Below are positions 38,694-51,642 of a stretch of DNA of 64,000 bases, piece after piece. Under the pieces are notes generated by a model. That model was not told the origin of the DNA. It made no database searches and worked only from the letters and a program-made list of their open reading frames with translations. The translations under genes and the position numbers were made by a program. How positions within the stretch are numbered: the stretch's first letter is position 1; each line of letters begins with the position of its first letter. The DNA lies in NCBI GenBank assembly GCA_951406725.2, contig OX597814.1:193192001-193256000 (forward strand). The letters are read 5' to 3'. The DNA comes from Octopus vulgaris. Taxonomy: Eukaryota.

Positions 38694-40219
38694 AGATACT
38701 AATACTGAGGAATTAGCTGTTATTTCCTAGAGGTTCCTTGTTAGTGTACATTGATCCCCGATGAATGAAAACGCAAGCCAGTTGTTTAGACCCAATCCCA
38801 GAACAGTGACGTTGAAAACCTGTTTTAGTTTATAATACTAAACCGCGTGTTATTTGCTTGAATATATTTCAACCCGGAACATGGAGCAACTCATACAACT
38901 GGTTTTAAACAACATCTATATTTCTATTTCTCTTGTTTTGTTACATTTTACTATTTTACTGCTTGAATATCTACGCTGTTTACATGAAAATTTGTTTATA
39001 CCAACTATGATATTTTTTTTTTTTTTTTTTTTTTGTAAACCAGACTATATACATTTTGTTTTTCACATTTTTCTCTCAAGTTGTTATGAGAAAAAATATA
39101 CAGAATTAAAATCTAACCAATCAGTTATTACTGCTGTTACTTTTCCTGCTATTCCTGATACATACTAATGGCCAAATTTCTGGACACTTTCACATACATT
39201 TGTTGTTTATTGGCTTTATGCCGTTTTCTCGCTTATAATTATTTTTTGGAGTTGTGTTCTAATGTTTATCGTTCTGTTCCTTATGCTGCTTCAAATTAAT
39301 GTCTTGCTTATACTAAAACAGATAATTAGTAAATTAAGAGTATTTAAAACTCTGTTATGTGGGCGTAAAAAGATAATTGCTTACTTTACATTCGGTAATC
39401 TGTTAGCATTAAACAAAATCACACCGCTTACGGCAGCCAATCACTTGTGAAACAAAATCACATCATTTTTGACAGCCAATCAATATTAAGGTACAGTCAC
39501 ATCGCTTTCGGCAGCCATTTATTGAAACACAGTCGCTTTATTTCTAAACGGAACTGAAACTGGTGGCATTTATATTCATTTGTAGTAAGGATCCCTTACG
39601 TTAACAAAAGATAGGATTCTGTCTATGTGAAGGGCGTAAGGGTAGAACTTTCAAGAATAGCCAAAATTTGGGAGAATAGGTGCTATAGAACCCAGAGCAT
39701 GGGAGGTTTGTCAAATATTTTCAAGAATGTGATACAGGGAAAACTATTTCAAGAACAGAAAGATAAACAAAGCAAGTAGGAAACGTTGTATAATTAGATT
39801 AACTCAAAGTAATTGTCAAGCGACTTCAAAAGAAATATACCAAACGTAAGTAGCTAGAAGGTTCAGTTATAGCGACAGAGCTGCAAAACACAGGCTTTTT
39901 GACGGAGAGTCTTGCATATTTTTACTCTTCCACTCACAGATTGGACTTGTAATGTACGAATCAGCCGGTCATTTTCTATGTATGTATGTATGCATGCATG
40001 CATGTGTGTGTATACAGCTGTATGTGCGATTGTGTAAACTGTTTGGTCCTTTTAAACAGAAAAGACAAATTAACCGTTCAACAGAGATCGATGCAGCAAC
40101 TATCTGACTTAAATATGTATTGGAGTCGATACGATTGACTAAAGCTCTTGAAGGCGATGCTCCAGCATGGCTGAAGTCGAATGACTGAAACCAGGAAATG
40201 AATTTAAAAAAATAAATAA

Positions 40220-40430
40220 TGTTGTGTCTGGGGAGAGTCATTTTCTTTTTGTGCCTTGGTTGCAAGACGCAACGAAAATTTTAGGAAAATAAGAATAAGA
40301 AATAAGTGGAAATTTTACCAGTGAGTGTGTTACATTATAAGGCACAAAAAGAAAATGACTCTCCCCAGACATAGCAGAATATGCTTCAATGCACGAACTC
40401 ACATAAAGAATCTTGCAAACCAAATCCTAA
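40220..40430. mobile_element. Repeat with internal inversion (PLE-like), family shared with 55910-56095
   Basis: 33-bp inverted repeat 40225-40257 / 40339-40371; GTTGC(AAGAC)GCAAC-GAAA hairpin at the junction. Confidence 0.6.
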
Positions 40431-40889
40431 AACGAAATAAATAATGTACTATCAATAAAATTAAGACAGTTCAGTCATCGAGGTAGATATTTCTTTCTTC
40501 AACAAAATACTTGAGTAAAGGAATAGAAATAAACTAGCAAACATTTAGCGAATGATTAAATTACCTGAGAAGTGTTGCTGTTAATAAGATTACGAAATGT
40601 TAATGAGATGAAGCTGTTATTAATATTTCGAAACATCAGCTTCACGTTGAGAGATTAACGATTTTTCCTTAATTACATCTACACCACATATCAAGCAGTT
40701 TTAATTCTAGATATGAATACCGAACTAAACTATTCGGATTTGGTTTCGAAGTAGGAATCTTTACGTTCGAAGCTTAATAATGTTCTTATCCACTCGGTTC
40801 CTGATAATTGTGTACAACTCTTGTCATAATTTAAAATTTTCATCGAACTGATGGCAACATTAGAATTATTGATTGTTTATAACGACAGA

Positions 40890-41121
40890 AGGCGACGAGC
40901 TGGCAGAACCGTTAGCACGCCGGGCGAAATGCGTAGCCGTATTTCGTCTGCCGTTACGTTGTGAGTTCAAATTCCGCCGAGGTCTACTTTGCCTTTCATC
41001 CTTTCGGGGTCGATAAATTAAATACCATTTATGCACTGGAGTCGATGTAATCGACTTAATCCGTTTGTCTGTCCTTGTTTGTCCCCTCTGTGTTTAGCCT
41101 CTTGTGAGTAGTAAAGAAATA
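40890..41121 (+). mobile_element. SINE family B monomer with TSD
   Basis: TSD TATAACGACAGA at 40878 and 41122. Confidence 0.92.
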
Positions 41122-41135
41122 TATAACGACAGATT

Positions 41136-41398
41136 GTGGAGGCGCGTGGCTTAGTGGTTAGGGTGTCAGCATCATGATCGTAAGATTGTGGTTTCGATTC
41201 CTGAGCCGGGCGACGCGTTGTATTCTTGAGCAAAACACTTCATTTCCCGTTGCTCCAGTCCACTCAGCTGGCAAAAAATGAGTAACGCTGCGATGGACTG
41301 GCGTCCCGTCCAGCTGGGGAACACATACGCCATTGAAACCGCGAAACCGGGCCCATGAGCCTGGCTAGGTTTTAAAAGGGCGCATTTATTATTTTATT
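41136..41398 (+). mobile_element. SINE family D, full length with TSD
   Basis: TSD TATAACGACAGATT at 41122 and 41399. Confidence 0.92.
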
Positions 41399-41669
41399 TA
41401 TAACGACAGATTAGATTAAAGCAATGGATAGGCAGAATCGGTGGAGCATCGTATAGAAATATCTTGTAGTGTTTTACTCTGGCTCTTTTCTACAATTTGA
41501 CTTCACAGATCTTACCGAGATCGACGTACTTTTCGTCCATCCGGGACGCTAAAATAAAGGATCATTCATGTACTGGATTCGATATGATCGACTTATCTCT
41601 CTACTCCCACCACAAAATTTCAGGCTTTGTGTTCCTATCAGAAATTCTCTATTACTGTCTGGATTACTC

Positions 41670-41880
41670 ATTTACTCTTTTACTTGTTTCAGTCATTTGA
41701 CAGCGGCCATGCTGGAGCACCGCCTTTAGTCGAGCAAATCGACCCCGGGACTTATTCTTTGTAAGCCTAGTACTTATTCTATCGGTCTCTTTTGCCAAAC
41801 CGCTAAGTTACAGAGGCGTAAACATACCAGCATCGGTTGTCAAGTGATATTGGGGGACAAACGCTCAAACATATACACAC

Positions 41881-41924
<44 letters not shown>

Positions 41925-42030
41925 GACAGGCTTCTTTCAGTTTCCGTCTACCAAATCCACTCACAAGACATTGGTCGGCCCGAGGCTATAGCAGAAGACA
42001 CTTGCCCAAGATGCCACGCAGTGGGACTGA
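41670..42030 (-). mobile_element. SINE family A, 5'-truncated
   Basis: Reverse-complement body and tail. Confidence 0.9.
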
Positions 42031-42807
42031 TTAATTCCTGTTTTTTGTGGGATTAATTCATGTTTTTTGCAAGTTTATTTAAGCCTTTGGTGCGTTATGT
42101 TGATTTTTCATTTCACACACGTATACTTTGCAAAGTAATTGCGTGAGAAAACTCTGTATTCAGCACTAAAGTAGATCAGTAGCTATAAATAACAAGTTCT
42201 TGGAACGCTGCCTTTCGAATCATGTGTTTTTGTTGGTAGCGCAAATTTCATATTCATTTGGTGCCGGCCAGTCACCTCTTGTAATTCTCATCAGCTACGA
42301 TTTGTCCTATGAACTACAACCAACGATTTAAAGGTTAGACTTACAATTACATATGACACTATGAACTTTGTCGAGCAACGTAGTTCTTTTGAATTTCTTA
42401 TTGAAATTAGGAAATAACTGGGTCTTTTCTTCTTTTCTATCTTTTTTCATACTTATTGCTAAGAATGTTGTTGATCTTTGAAATTCTTTCCAACTGGAAT
42501 CGGCTGCAACATTGCTTTTTTTTTTTTCTAACTCAAAAACATTATAATAAGAAATACCAAGTAAATACTAATATTTGTCTTAAATTTTGGCTCAAGGCCA
42601 GCAATTTGCGACGGAATCTGTTAGTCGATTACATTTGCCCTCTGTACTAGACTGGTACATTATTTTATCGACCCTGAAGGATTGAAAGATGACCTCGGTA
42701 AGATCTGAAGTCAGTATGTATAACTGGCACACCGTCGGTTACGATGACGAGGGTTCTAGTTGATCCGATCGACTGAACAGCCTGCTCGTGAAATTAATGT
42801 TCAGGTG

Positions 42808-43217
42808 TGGCTGTGTGGTAAGTATCTTGCTTACCATTCACATGGTTCTGGGTTCAGTCCCACTGCGTGGCACCTTGGGCAAGTGTCTTCTACTATAGCC
42901 TCGGGTCGACCAAAGCCCTGTGAGTGGATTTGGTAGACGGAAACTGAAAGAAGCCCGTCGTATATATGTATATGTATATATGCATGTGTGTGTATATGTT
43001 TGTGTGTCTGTGTTTGTGCCCCCCCCCCCAACATCGCTTGACAACCGATGCTGGTGTGTTTACGTCCCCGTAACTTAGCGGTTCGGCGAAAGAGGCCGAG
43101 AGAACAAGTACTAGGCTTACAAAGAATAAGTCCTGGGGTCGATTTGCTCGACTAAAGGCAGTGCTCCAGCATGGCTACAGTCAAATGACTGAAACCAGTA
43201 AAAGAGAGTAAAAGAGA
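42808..43217 (+). mobile_element. SINE family A inserted in a minus-strand C2 SINE (42725-42807 and 43218-43370)
   Basis: C2 tail sequence resumes at AGGTGGCTGAGCACTCC after the A tail. Confidence 0.85.
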
Positions 43218-43449
43218 GGTGGCTGAGCACTCCACAGGCAATCGTAGCCTTAACGCAGTTCTCAAGGGGATTCAGCGTGACACAGAATGTGACGAAGCTG
43301 GCCCTTCGAAATACAGGTACAACTTCTTTTTGCCGAATAACCTAATCACTGAGTCACGCACCTTCACAAGGCAGAATGTATAGTGTGGCAACCAATAGCG
43401 CAAAGCATTTTCATACGAATCTGCCAGTTCGTCAATAATGCTACCAGCA

Positions 43450-43836
43450 AGGCAGCGAGCTAGCAGAATTGTTAGCATGCCGGGCGAAATGCGTAGCCGT
43501 ATTTCGTCTGCCGTTACGTTCTGAGTTGAAATTCCGTCGAGGTCGACTTTACCTTTCATCCTTTCAGGGTCGATAAATTAAGTACCAGTTACGTACTGGA
43601 GTCGATGTAATCGACTTAATCCGTTTGTCTGTCCTTGTTTGTCCCCTCTGTGTTTAACCCCTTGTGGATAGTAAAGAAATAGGTATTTCGTCTGTCTTTA
43701 CGTTCTGAGTTCAAATTCCGCCGAGGTCGACTTTGCCTTTCATCCTTTCGGGGTCGATAAATTAAGTACCAATTACGCACCGGGGTCGATCTAATCGACT
43801 GGACCCCTCCCCCAAAATTTCGGGCCTTGTGCCTAG
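43450..43836 (+). mobile_element. SINE family B dimer, followed by an A fragment on the minus strand (43840-43955)
   Basis: Two B cores joined at GAAATAGGTATTTCG. Confidence 0.9.
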
Positions 43837-44431
43837 TTTGATAGTTTCCATCTATCAAATCCACTTATAAGGTTTCAGCCGGCTCGAGGCTATAGTAGAA
43901 GATACTTGCCCAAGGTGCAACGCAGTGGGATTGAACGAGGAACCATGTGGTTAGGAAATTGAGAAAAAAATTATAAACGCAGCAATAATGTAAGAATAAA
44001 AAACACAAACGTATCTTGTGGGGAGCCTTTTGATTAATATAATATTCCCAATAATCTTCTTCGTAATAAAACTGATTTAACAACCAGAATGGGATTGTCT
44101 CTAGATATAATAAACATTAGCAATAACCGCTTTATGGAAATAACAAAATCTTCGGGAAAAATATATGTGGCAGAGAGGGGATTGCATAAGTTTAATTTAG
44201 AGAATTGTGCACTTGATATGTGAATATTTATAGGTTTGTTGATAACTTAATGAGAAATTCTAAAGAGTATTTTTTTTCGCCACTTCCTATATCATTTACA
44301 GGATTGTAAAAACGGCGCTGTATAAAAAAAAAAAAACCATTCGCACCGAAAGCATATAGAAAGTTTGTTTACATATACAAAGGAAAAACACAAACTATCA
44401 TTGTTCTTAAATTTGACAGGAAAAGGAAGAC

Positions 44432-44520
44432 TGATTCACTGGTGTAAAGGTAACACGCTTAGTCACGTTAACAAAGGAATGTGTGTGTTCGACTCCCACG
44501 CGGATGGAAAATCATTTTTT
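44432..44520 (+). other. tRNA-like Pol III cassette (pseudo-tRNA or orphan SINE head)
   Basis: A-box TGGTGTAAAGGTAACAC with GTGT/ACAC D-stem, B-box GTTCGACTCCC, partial acceptor ATTCAC/GCGGAT, T6 at 44515-44520; anticodon arm non-canonical. Confidence 0.5.
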
Positions 44521-44684
44521 ATTATTTTTGTCTGTTGAGGGCTTATATGCCCCTTTATTAGACTATTTTCCTTAGTCATTGTACGGTGATCGCTTCAAGC
44601 TTATAAAAATAGCACCTTATAAAAAAAACCATTCGCACCGAAACTATATAATTAGTTTTATTTGTTTTTGCTTTTATTTTTCTT

Positions 44685-45097
44685 TTACCTGTTTCGGTTA
44701 TTAGACGGCGGCAATGCTGGGGCACCACATTCAGGGGTTTAGTCGAACAAATCGGCTCCAGTTCTTATTTTTTTAGCTGGTACTTATTCTAGACGTCTGT
44801 TTTGCAGAACAACTAAAATACGGGTCCGTAAACAAACTAAACCGCTTGTTAAAAAACGAAGGGCTGACAAATACAAGTACAAAGACACTCAACACATACA
44901 CACACACATACACACACACACACACACGACGGGTTTCCACATAGTATTTGTATACATATATCAAGTTGACTCACAAGGCAGTGGACGGTTCGGGACTATA
45001 GTCGAAAACACTTGCTCAAGATGCCGGGTAGCAGGACTGAAACCAAAATCATTTGTTTGCAAAGCGAGCTTCTTAACCAAACATAATGCCTGCGCCT
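44685..45097 (-). mobile_element. SINE family A, old diverged full-length copy
   Basis: Colinear with the A consensus, ends CCTGCGCC. Confidence 0.7.
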
Positions 45098-45949
45098 GTC
45101 TATATATCTATTGTAAAAGAATGTAATATCGAGTAGATCTTCTTTTCAATGATTTAGTTAGAAGGACAGAGCTTCAGTCTTGTGAAGGAACAAAATAAAA
45201 CCTCGGCTCACTGCCCAATGACTTCTCAGACAATACATCAAGATAACACGCAATTTCCAAACTTGGGATCTGTTCCAAATACTTTTTTAAAAGTGGTGCG
45301 TATATTTGATTTTTAATTTGAATTTTGCTACTTATAAGCGATTCCATGATTAATCTTATGTGTGCGTGTGTGTGTGTGTATGTATGTGTGTGTGTGAAAA
45401 GAAATTCTATACATGAAAATCTATTTATGAAATGTTTCTCTATTTTGGTTTCGTGTTCTGGATTGTAATATGCTGTAAAGATTCCTTTTCGGTATAAATT
45501 CGTGATCAGGTAATGAGAAATTGCCGTACTTGTGTATCTAATGGTTACAACAGGTTTCAAAGAAACGATGGTTCCGCTGGACCATTTCCTTTCATTTATT
45601 CTAGGTAAAGAAATGTTCGGATTAGAAAAAGGACTTCCAGAGAAATGAATCACGCTGTGGTGATGGACTCTCTTTCTAGCGAGGAGAAAGTACAACAGCG
45701 TGGCTGTGTGGTTCAGAAGTTCGCTTCGTAACTTCGAGTTCCAGGTTCAGTCCCATCACGAGATACTTTTGTCGAGCGTCTTCTACCTTAACATCGCGTA
45801 GACCAAAGTTTTGTGAGTGAATTTGGTAAACGAAGACTGAGGGGCAATTCCTGCTTTTGGAAGGTAGATTTAATCCGTCGCTCGGTTCAGCCCCTTCAGG
45901 GGAGTCGAGCTTGGTTTCTGGTGCGCAGCGACCTTTCTATCTTTCTCCC

Positions 45950-46644
45950 ACCGTTCTGCACGCACTCGTGCAGTGCCCAACCATTTCGGACTTGTAGGCT
46001 TATGCCGAACGGCTGCTGTCACGTGTGGGACGAGTCCACCTGTCGGCCGAGTCTATCGTGAAAATTGCTCCGCCCCCTTCCCTCAACCGGGAAGGCAAGG
46101 CAGTTTTCATCGTACTGGTGGCCATGGTGAAAGAATGTATGTGGTGGACTCGAGCGAAAAGATTAGAGACAAACACTTATGTCTCTGGCCAATCGGTCAT
46201 CAACTTTTTCAAGTATCACTTGAAAAGGAAGGTGAAAATAGAGAAGCAAGTTTTGTCTCGTGAAAGCTTAAAAAAAAGGTGGGTGAATGTAACAAAGATG
46301 GTGCGTGCGAGTGACGAAACCACTTTGAGCATGATCCTGTAAATCGTAAAAGAAAGAGAGCACTTTTGCTTTCATGTATTTATTTCCTCCCTGCCTGAGG
46401 TTACCGTAGTCTCTTCTGTAGGCTTTTCTTTCCACGGATGAACCTAATCTTGTTTCTTACTTTAAAAAAAATTCTTTCTGTGATACACGATCCTTTTTGA
46501 TCGCCTTTTTTTGCCGATCCCTTTTAATCGGAATTTTACATTTGTTTCCTTTTTTTTCCTTTTTCTTTTTCCATCTTCGAAAAGAAAAGCTCTACATTTG
46601 TATTTGTCCCCTCTGTGTTCAACCCTGTGTGGCCAATAAAGAAA
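45950..46644 (+). pseudogene. L1/Tx1-clade LINE 3' end (ORF2 C-terminus plus 3' UTR)
   Basis: TVLHALVQCPTISDL* (end of CCHC knuckle) ...VAMVKECMWWTR...RWVNV...LSMIL* (stop 46342); pyrimidine-rich UTR ending AATAAAGAAA. Confidence 0.75.
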
Positions 46645-47823
46645 GTTATCTTCCTCCCACTAATAAGCAAGGTCGAGAGAAGGGTCTGGTTAATTAAAAA
46701 AAAAGTATTTAATGCTAATCTCCGAAGACATAAGGATGATGGATTAGCAGAATACTTGGAGCATCGTCTTGCGGTATTTAGTAACGCTTCTGTATGTTAT
46801 GAGTTCAAATCCCGCTAAGGTCAACTTTGTCTTTCACATTCCAGAGCCAATAAAATAATGTACTTTTTAAGAACTGAGATTGATATAATCGACAATATCC
46901 TTTCCTACAAAATCTATGGCTTGCGCCAACCAAGTAATCGATCTAAGACATTAAGTTACGGCCCTTGATGGCAATATACAAGATCATAGAGTGTTACAGG
47001 ACATTTACAGTTATGGGCGTTATTGGTAATCTACAAAGATATTAATAGTTAGGAGTTTTTGCGAGAATCGTGTAGGGCTTTAAGTGTTATGCATCATAAC
47101 GACAATATACTGGAGCTTCTACCTTTACGAGCCTTAATGTTCTAGTATATGAACAATTAGGAGGCTTAATGATAAGCTACAAGGCTATAAGTAGTTATAT
47201 ATCTTAAGGTGGGGTATGTTAAGATATTAATAGCATTTTTTTTTGTTGTCTTTTCATTTGTTGGGCTTTGAGGAAGAGATGATCTTAGACTTTATAGGTT
47301 GTCCGAGACGGGCGGGATTCATTTTGTTAATGTTAAATTTCCGCTTAAACTGTTAAATACAATAATATACTTTATGCTTATCTGATAACTACAAATTGGT
47401 TTCGTAAAACAAAACACCATATTTGATGGCATATAAAACAATTTCTTTTTTAATATCTCAAAAAATTCTCTTGGGCCCTGTGTGTGAAGTTGGGCCTCCC
47501 ATACGTTTTAATGCCAGAAAAGCACTTTTCCTGAATATACGCTTTTGAAATGAGGCGTAGGTAATTAAAATTTTATCTGTTGATGGTTATTTGTCATTGC
47601 TGTTTACACAACAGAAATCGGTGCTTTATCTTTCTCAAATATATTCCTCAGAGTAAATAACTTCACATCATTGAGGAGAAAAGAAAAACAAATATAACAG
47701 CAAGAATTATAAGATTTAGTGATATAAAGATATTAAGGTGGAAGATACAAAGATGCTAAAACAAAGCATAGCTCGTTGGATACAAAGATACTAAAGCGGT
47801 CGACTTGAAAATCGCCAGAGTCC

Positions 47824-47968
47824 AGTAACATAGCTAGGAGTGAGAGGTGAAGGGCTGGCCCACTCCGAGCGATGCTCTTATGGAGCAGCACTTTTGGGTT
47901 TGCTTATATCAGGTAGGGGGCCAAACTCAAAGGCTGCTCCGGGTGGTACACACTCCAGCTATGCCGCT
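47824..47968. mobile_element. GC-rich MITE
   Basis: AGTAACATAGCTAGGAGTG / CACTCCAGCTATGCCGCT inverted termini; lies within an old SINE B remnant. Confidence 0.55.
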
Positions 47969-48194
47969 ATCAGTGCTGTTGTTTGTCCCGGCTCTTTATG
48001 CTCTGAATCCCCATCTTGCTGAGGTTGACTTCACTTTGAATTTTTTAAATGTTAGGATCGATAAAAATAAAATGATATTCAAATTCTGAGGTCTAATTTA
48101 ACTAATTGCTGACGGGCTTACATGCGGTTTGTTAAGGATACAATAGAATCCAAATCTCCTTCCCCCAAATTGTGCTACTCTAAAGAAAAAACTG

Positions 48195-48490
48195 GCACTC
48201 TGCCGGTTACGACGACAAGAGTTCCGGTTAATCCGATTAATGGAACAGCTGTCTCGTGAAATTAAGGGATATGAGAAACATTGACGTAGATCTCGGGCAG
48301 ATTCAGCGTGACACAGAATGTGGCAAGGTTGGCCCTTTGAAACGCAGGTACTACTCCTATTTTGCCAGCTGAGTGAACTGGAGCAACGTGAATTAAAGTA
48401 TCTTGCTGAAAGACACAACGCATTGCTGGGTATTGAACTCATGACCTTACGATCGTGAGACGGATACCCTAACCACTAAGCCATACACCT
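48195..48490 (-). mobile_element. SINE family C2
   Basis: Reverse complement of head, CORE-like segment and C tail. Confidence 0.8.
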
Positions 48491-49027
48491 TTTCTAAAAA
48501 GACAAATGAAATGACATTGATGTCAGTACAAGTTCATTACTGTCAACTCAATGTTGTCTGTTTACAACACCCTGTAGCACAACCAGCAAAACATGCGCAC
48601 AGCGCACTCGCTCATTCAAGCATTGGCTCATTCAAGCATTCGCTCATTCTAGCATTCGTTCATTCTAACATTCACTCACACATGCACATGCACTCCTTCT
48701 TAAAAGCGGACACCATTAAGAAGAGATATTTCAGAAGGCAAAAAAAAAAAAAAGAAAAAGGCAGAACAGAAAGGAAAGTATTCCAGAAAGACACAAAATC
48801 AAAATCGCAAAATGCCAGGTTTATCTCTAAAAAATTCAGATATCCATTACAGAATTCCCATGTCATGACATTAAATAAGGATGGAGTATCAAATTATCGC
48901 AAACTAGTCTGATAACATTGTTTAGAACGCCATACTGCCATATTGGGATTTGTTTACAATATCATAACAAAATGGGCTTTACGTCTAATACTCTGTACTA
49001 AGTTGTTACGAACTGATGCCATGTGAT

Positions 49028-49104
<77 letters not shown>

Positions 49105-49819
49105 CTATCTTTATCTCTATCTCTCTTTCGCTATATGTATGTGTATACATATACACACATATATATACAATATTATATATATATATGTCTGTGTATATAT
49201 AACTTTACATGTAAAATACGAATATATATAACTATATATATTATTGTATCTATATTATTGAATATGTTTGTATGTATATGTGTATATATGTACGTACGTA
49301 TGTATGTATATGTATATATATGTATGTATGTACGTATGTATGTATGTATGTATGTATGTATGTATGTATGTATGTATGTATGTATGGATGGATGGATGGA
49401 TGGATGGATGGATGGATGGATGGATGGATGTGTATGTATGTATGTATGTATGTATGTATGTATGTATGTATGTATGTATGCATGTATGTATGTATGGAAA
49501 GTGTGCGCATGTCAGTGTGATAGATTGATTGAGAGAGAAATGAGGTTGTCAATACAAACGAGAGGAAAATACCTAAGACCATGAGAGTGTATATTAAAAA
49601 TATACACTTTTTATGTATTGAGTTACATAAATAAATCAACGGCCGAGACTTTCGAGCATTATATAAGACTTTGATAAGTGTAAGCATGAAATTCTAGACC
49701 CTTGAATCATTCATGTAACTCTAGAGCACGATAATAGATATTTGGTGGTCGGAAAGGTTAGAAGGAAAGAGAGAGAGACAGAAAATGAGAGAGAGTCTCT
49801 GTTAGGTGTTTATAATGAA

Positions 49820-50217
49820 CTAGCAGTATCGCCCGGCGTTGCTCGGGTTTGTAAGGGAAATAACTATATAAGCAGTTTTAGAGAGTTATAGCCAAAAAAT
49901 AGCAAAAAACTGCATTAAAAATGGAAAAAAAATTATGGTAAATTTTTTTTTAAATCGTTGACTCATCGTAGACATTTTTAGAGAGTTACTTCCCTTATAT
50001 AATAGCGAAAAAATGCATTAAAATGGAAAAAAATGATGGTAAATTTTCTTTTTAATCATAGACTCATCGTAGACGCGTGCTAATACCCAGAAGGGCTCGA
50101 TATGAATTACGACTATAAGATACCCGGTTTTGATTAAACTGCACCGCAAAATGTGGGAGTAGTTAGGAATCTAAATCGTAGGAGACAGACACACAACTTC
50201 TCTTTTATATATAAAGA
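49820..50217 (-). mobile_element. Non-autonomous Helitron, both termini intact
   Basis: Minus strand A|TCTTTATATATAAAAG ... CCCGAGCAACGCCGGG hairpin ... CTAG|T; internal ~75-bp duplication. Confidence 0.85.
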
Positions 50218-50803
50218 TTTGTAGGAGCCTGATGTTAGACTTAAGAATGTGACCAGGATATTAGCAGAAATCAGTTTGGCGTGTATTATAATTTCCAGGC
50301 TAATCATTTTGAAAGAAGCTATTAATTACCCATGATGCATCAGCAGAGCTCGTTATCCAGCTCCACGAAAATCAATCTCCTGGTCGTCGTCGCAGTTTCG
50401 CTCTAGTATTGCTGCGTAAATAGTCTAGTTCCCTTAGGAGGAATAAGATCACGAACTGACTCAATTTTGCGCCGTCGTAGCTACCCATAGGAATTTTTAA
50501 AGGGTCTTTACGCAAATAAATCACAAAGATAACGTCATCAATACAAAAATAATCGAAATGTTAGCCAATTAAGCCTGCATAAAAAAATACACTTCATCTT
50601 AAAAAAACGAAGTCCTCTATGAAACAAATTATGTGGGTAAAACGTCATTAACGAGTGAACTAAAACTATATATATAAACGTGTGTGTATATGTGTACGTA
50701 TGTGCATATGCAGATTCTATTAACGAAGTTTTACGTTTCCCACGCCTATTGGAGTAATTTCCTTTTATTCAACGTTTTTTTTTCATAGTGCTTTTGTTTG
50801 TCT

Positions 50804-50866
50804 TAATAACTGATGAGATGCCGGAGCAGACTTCAGCTGCGGCATCCGAAACTCTGAGTTTTATTA
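50804..50866 (+). ncRNA. Type-I hammerhead ribozyme motif with long stem II, in PLE-like remnant (~50710-50890)
   Basis: TAATAA-CTGATGA-GATGCCG...CGGCATC-C-GAAAC(TCTGA)GTT-TTATTA; abuts (TA)n. Confidence 0.75.
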
Positions 50867-50887
50867 TGACAACCAACTAATTGTCAC

Positions 50888-50934
<47 letters not shown>

Positions 50935-50936
<2 letters not shown>

Positions 50937-51155
50937 TTTACTTGTTTCAGTCATTTGACTGTGACCATGCTGGAGCGCCGCCTTTAGTCGAGCAAATCAA
51001 CCCCAGGACTTATTCTTTGTAAGCCTAGTACACCGATAGAATGAGTACTAGGCTTACAAAGAATAAGTCCTGGGGTTGATTTTCTCGACTAAAGGCGGTG
51101 CTCCAGCATGTCCGCAGTTAAAATGACTAAAACAAGTAAAAGAGTAAAAGAGAGT
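50935..51155. mobile_element. Fold-back pair of SINE A 3' tails
   Basis: Two ~95-bp inverted arms with a 13-nt spacer. Confidence 0.85.
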
Positions 51156-51642
51156 ACACTTCAGGAAAGGATAAATCTAATAAAAATATTTCCATTCAGT
51201 GTTATTACAATTTATTCAATGTTATCGCAATTTGATAAAACTTCGAAAGAGGTGTCTATATTTAAAGCGGTACTTATTCAAGTCAAATATCTATACAGAT
51301 TTTTCCTTTCCTGAAATGTGTATATATATTTTTTGGCGGACTCTGTGTATGTATATGCCTACACACACAGGGAGATAAAAAGGGGATGGTGCGAGGAAGA
51401 GACAAAGAGAGTGGAGGGCAGAAGGAGACAATGCCCACCTAAATTGATTTTTATGACTTTCTGAAAGTTACATATATTTTTGATAAAATCTTGCATTTTT
51501 AAAATGAAATTTCGACGAAGTAGATTGCCATTATGTTGATAAAATTTTGAAAAATAATTACAGATATGTATTGCAAATATATCAACGAGAAATTTGCTTT
51601 ATCTAATTCAGAGCAATAAATAGTTTTCTTTTGAAATTTAAT

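Noticed and set aside
45174-45695. 173-aa minus-strand ORF with mostly non-repetitive sequence
   Set aside because: Non-ATG start, crosses a (CA)n tract, no motif I recognise; a blastp/RNA-seq check would settle it
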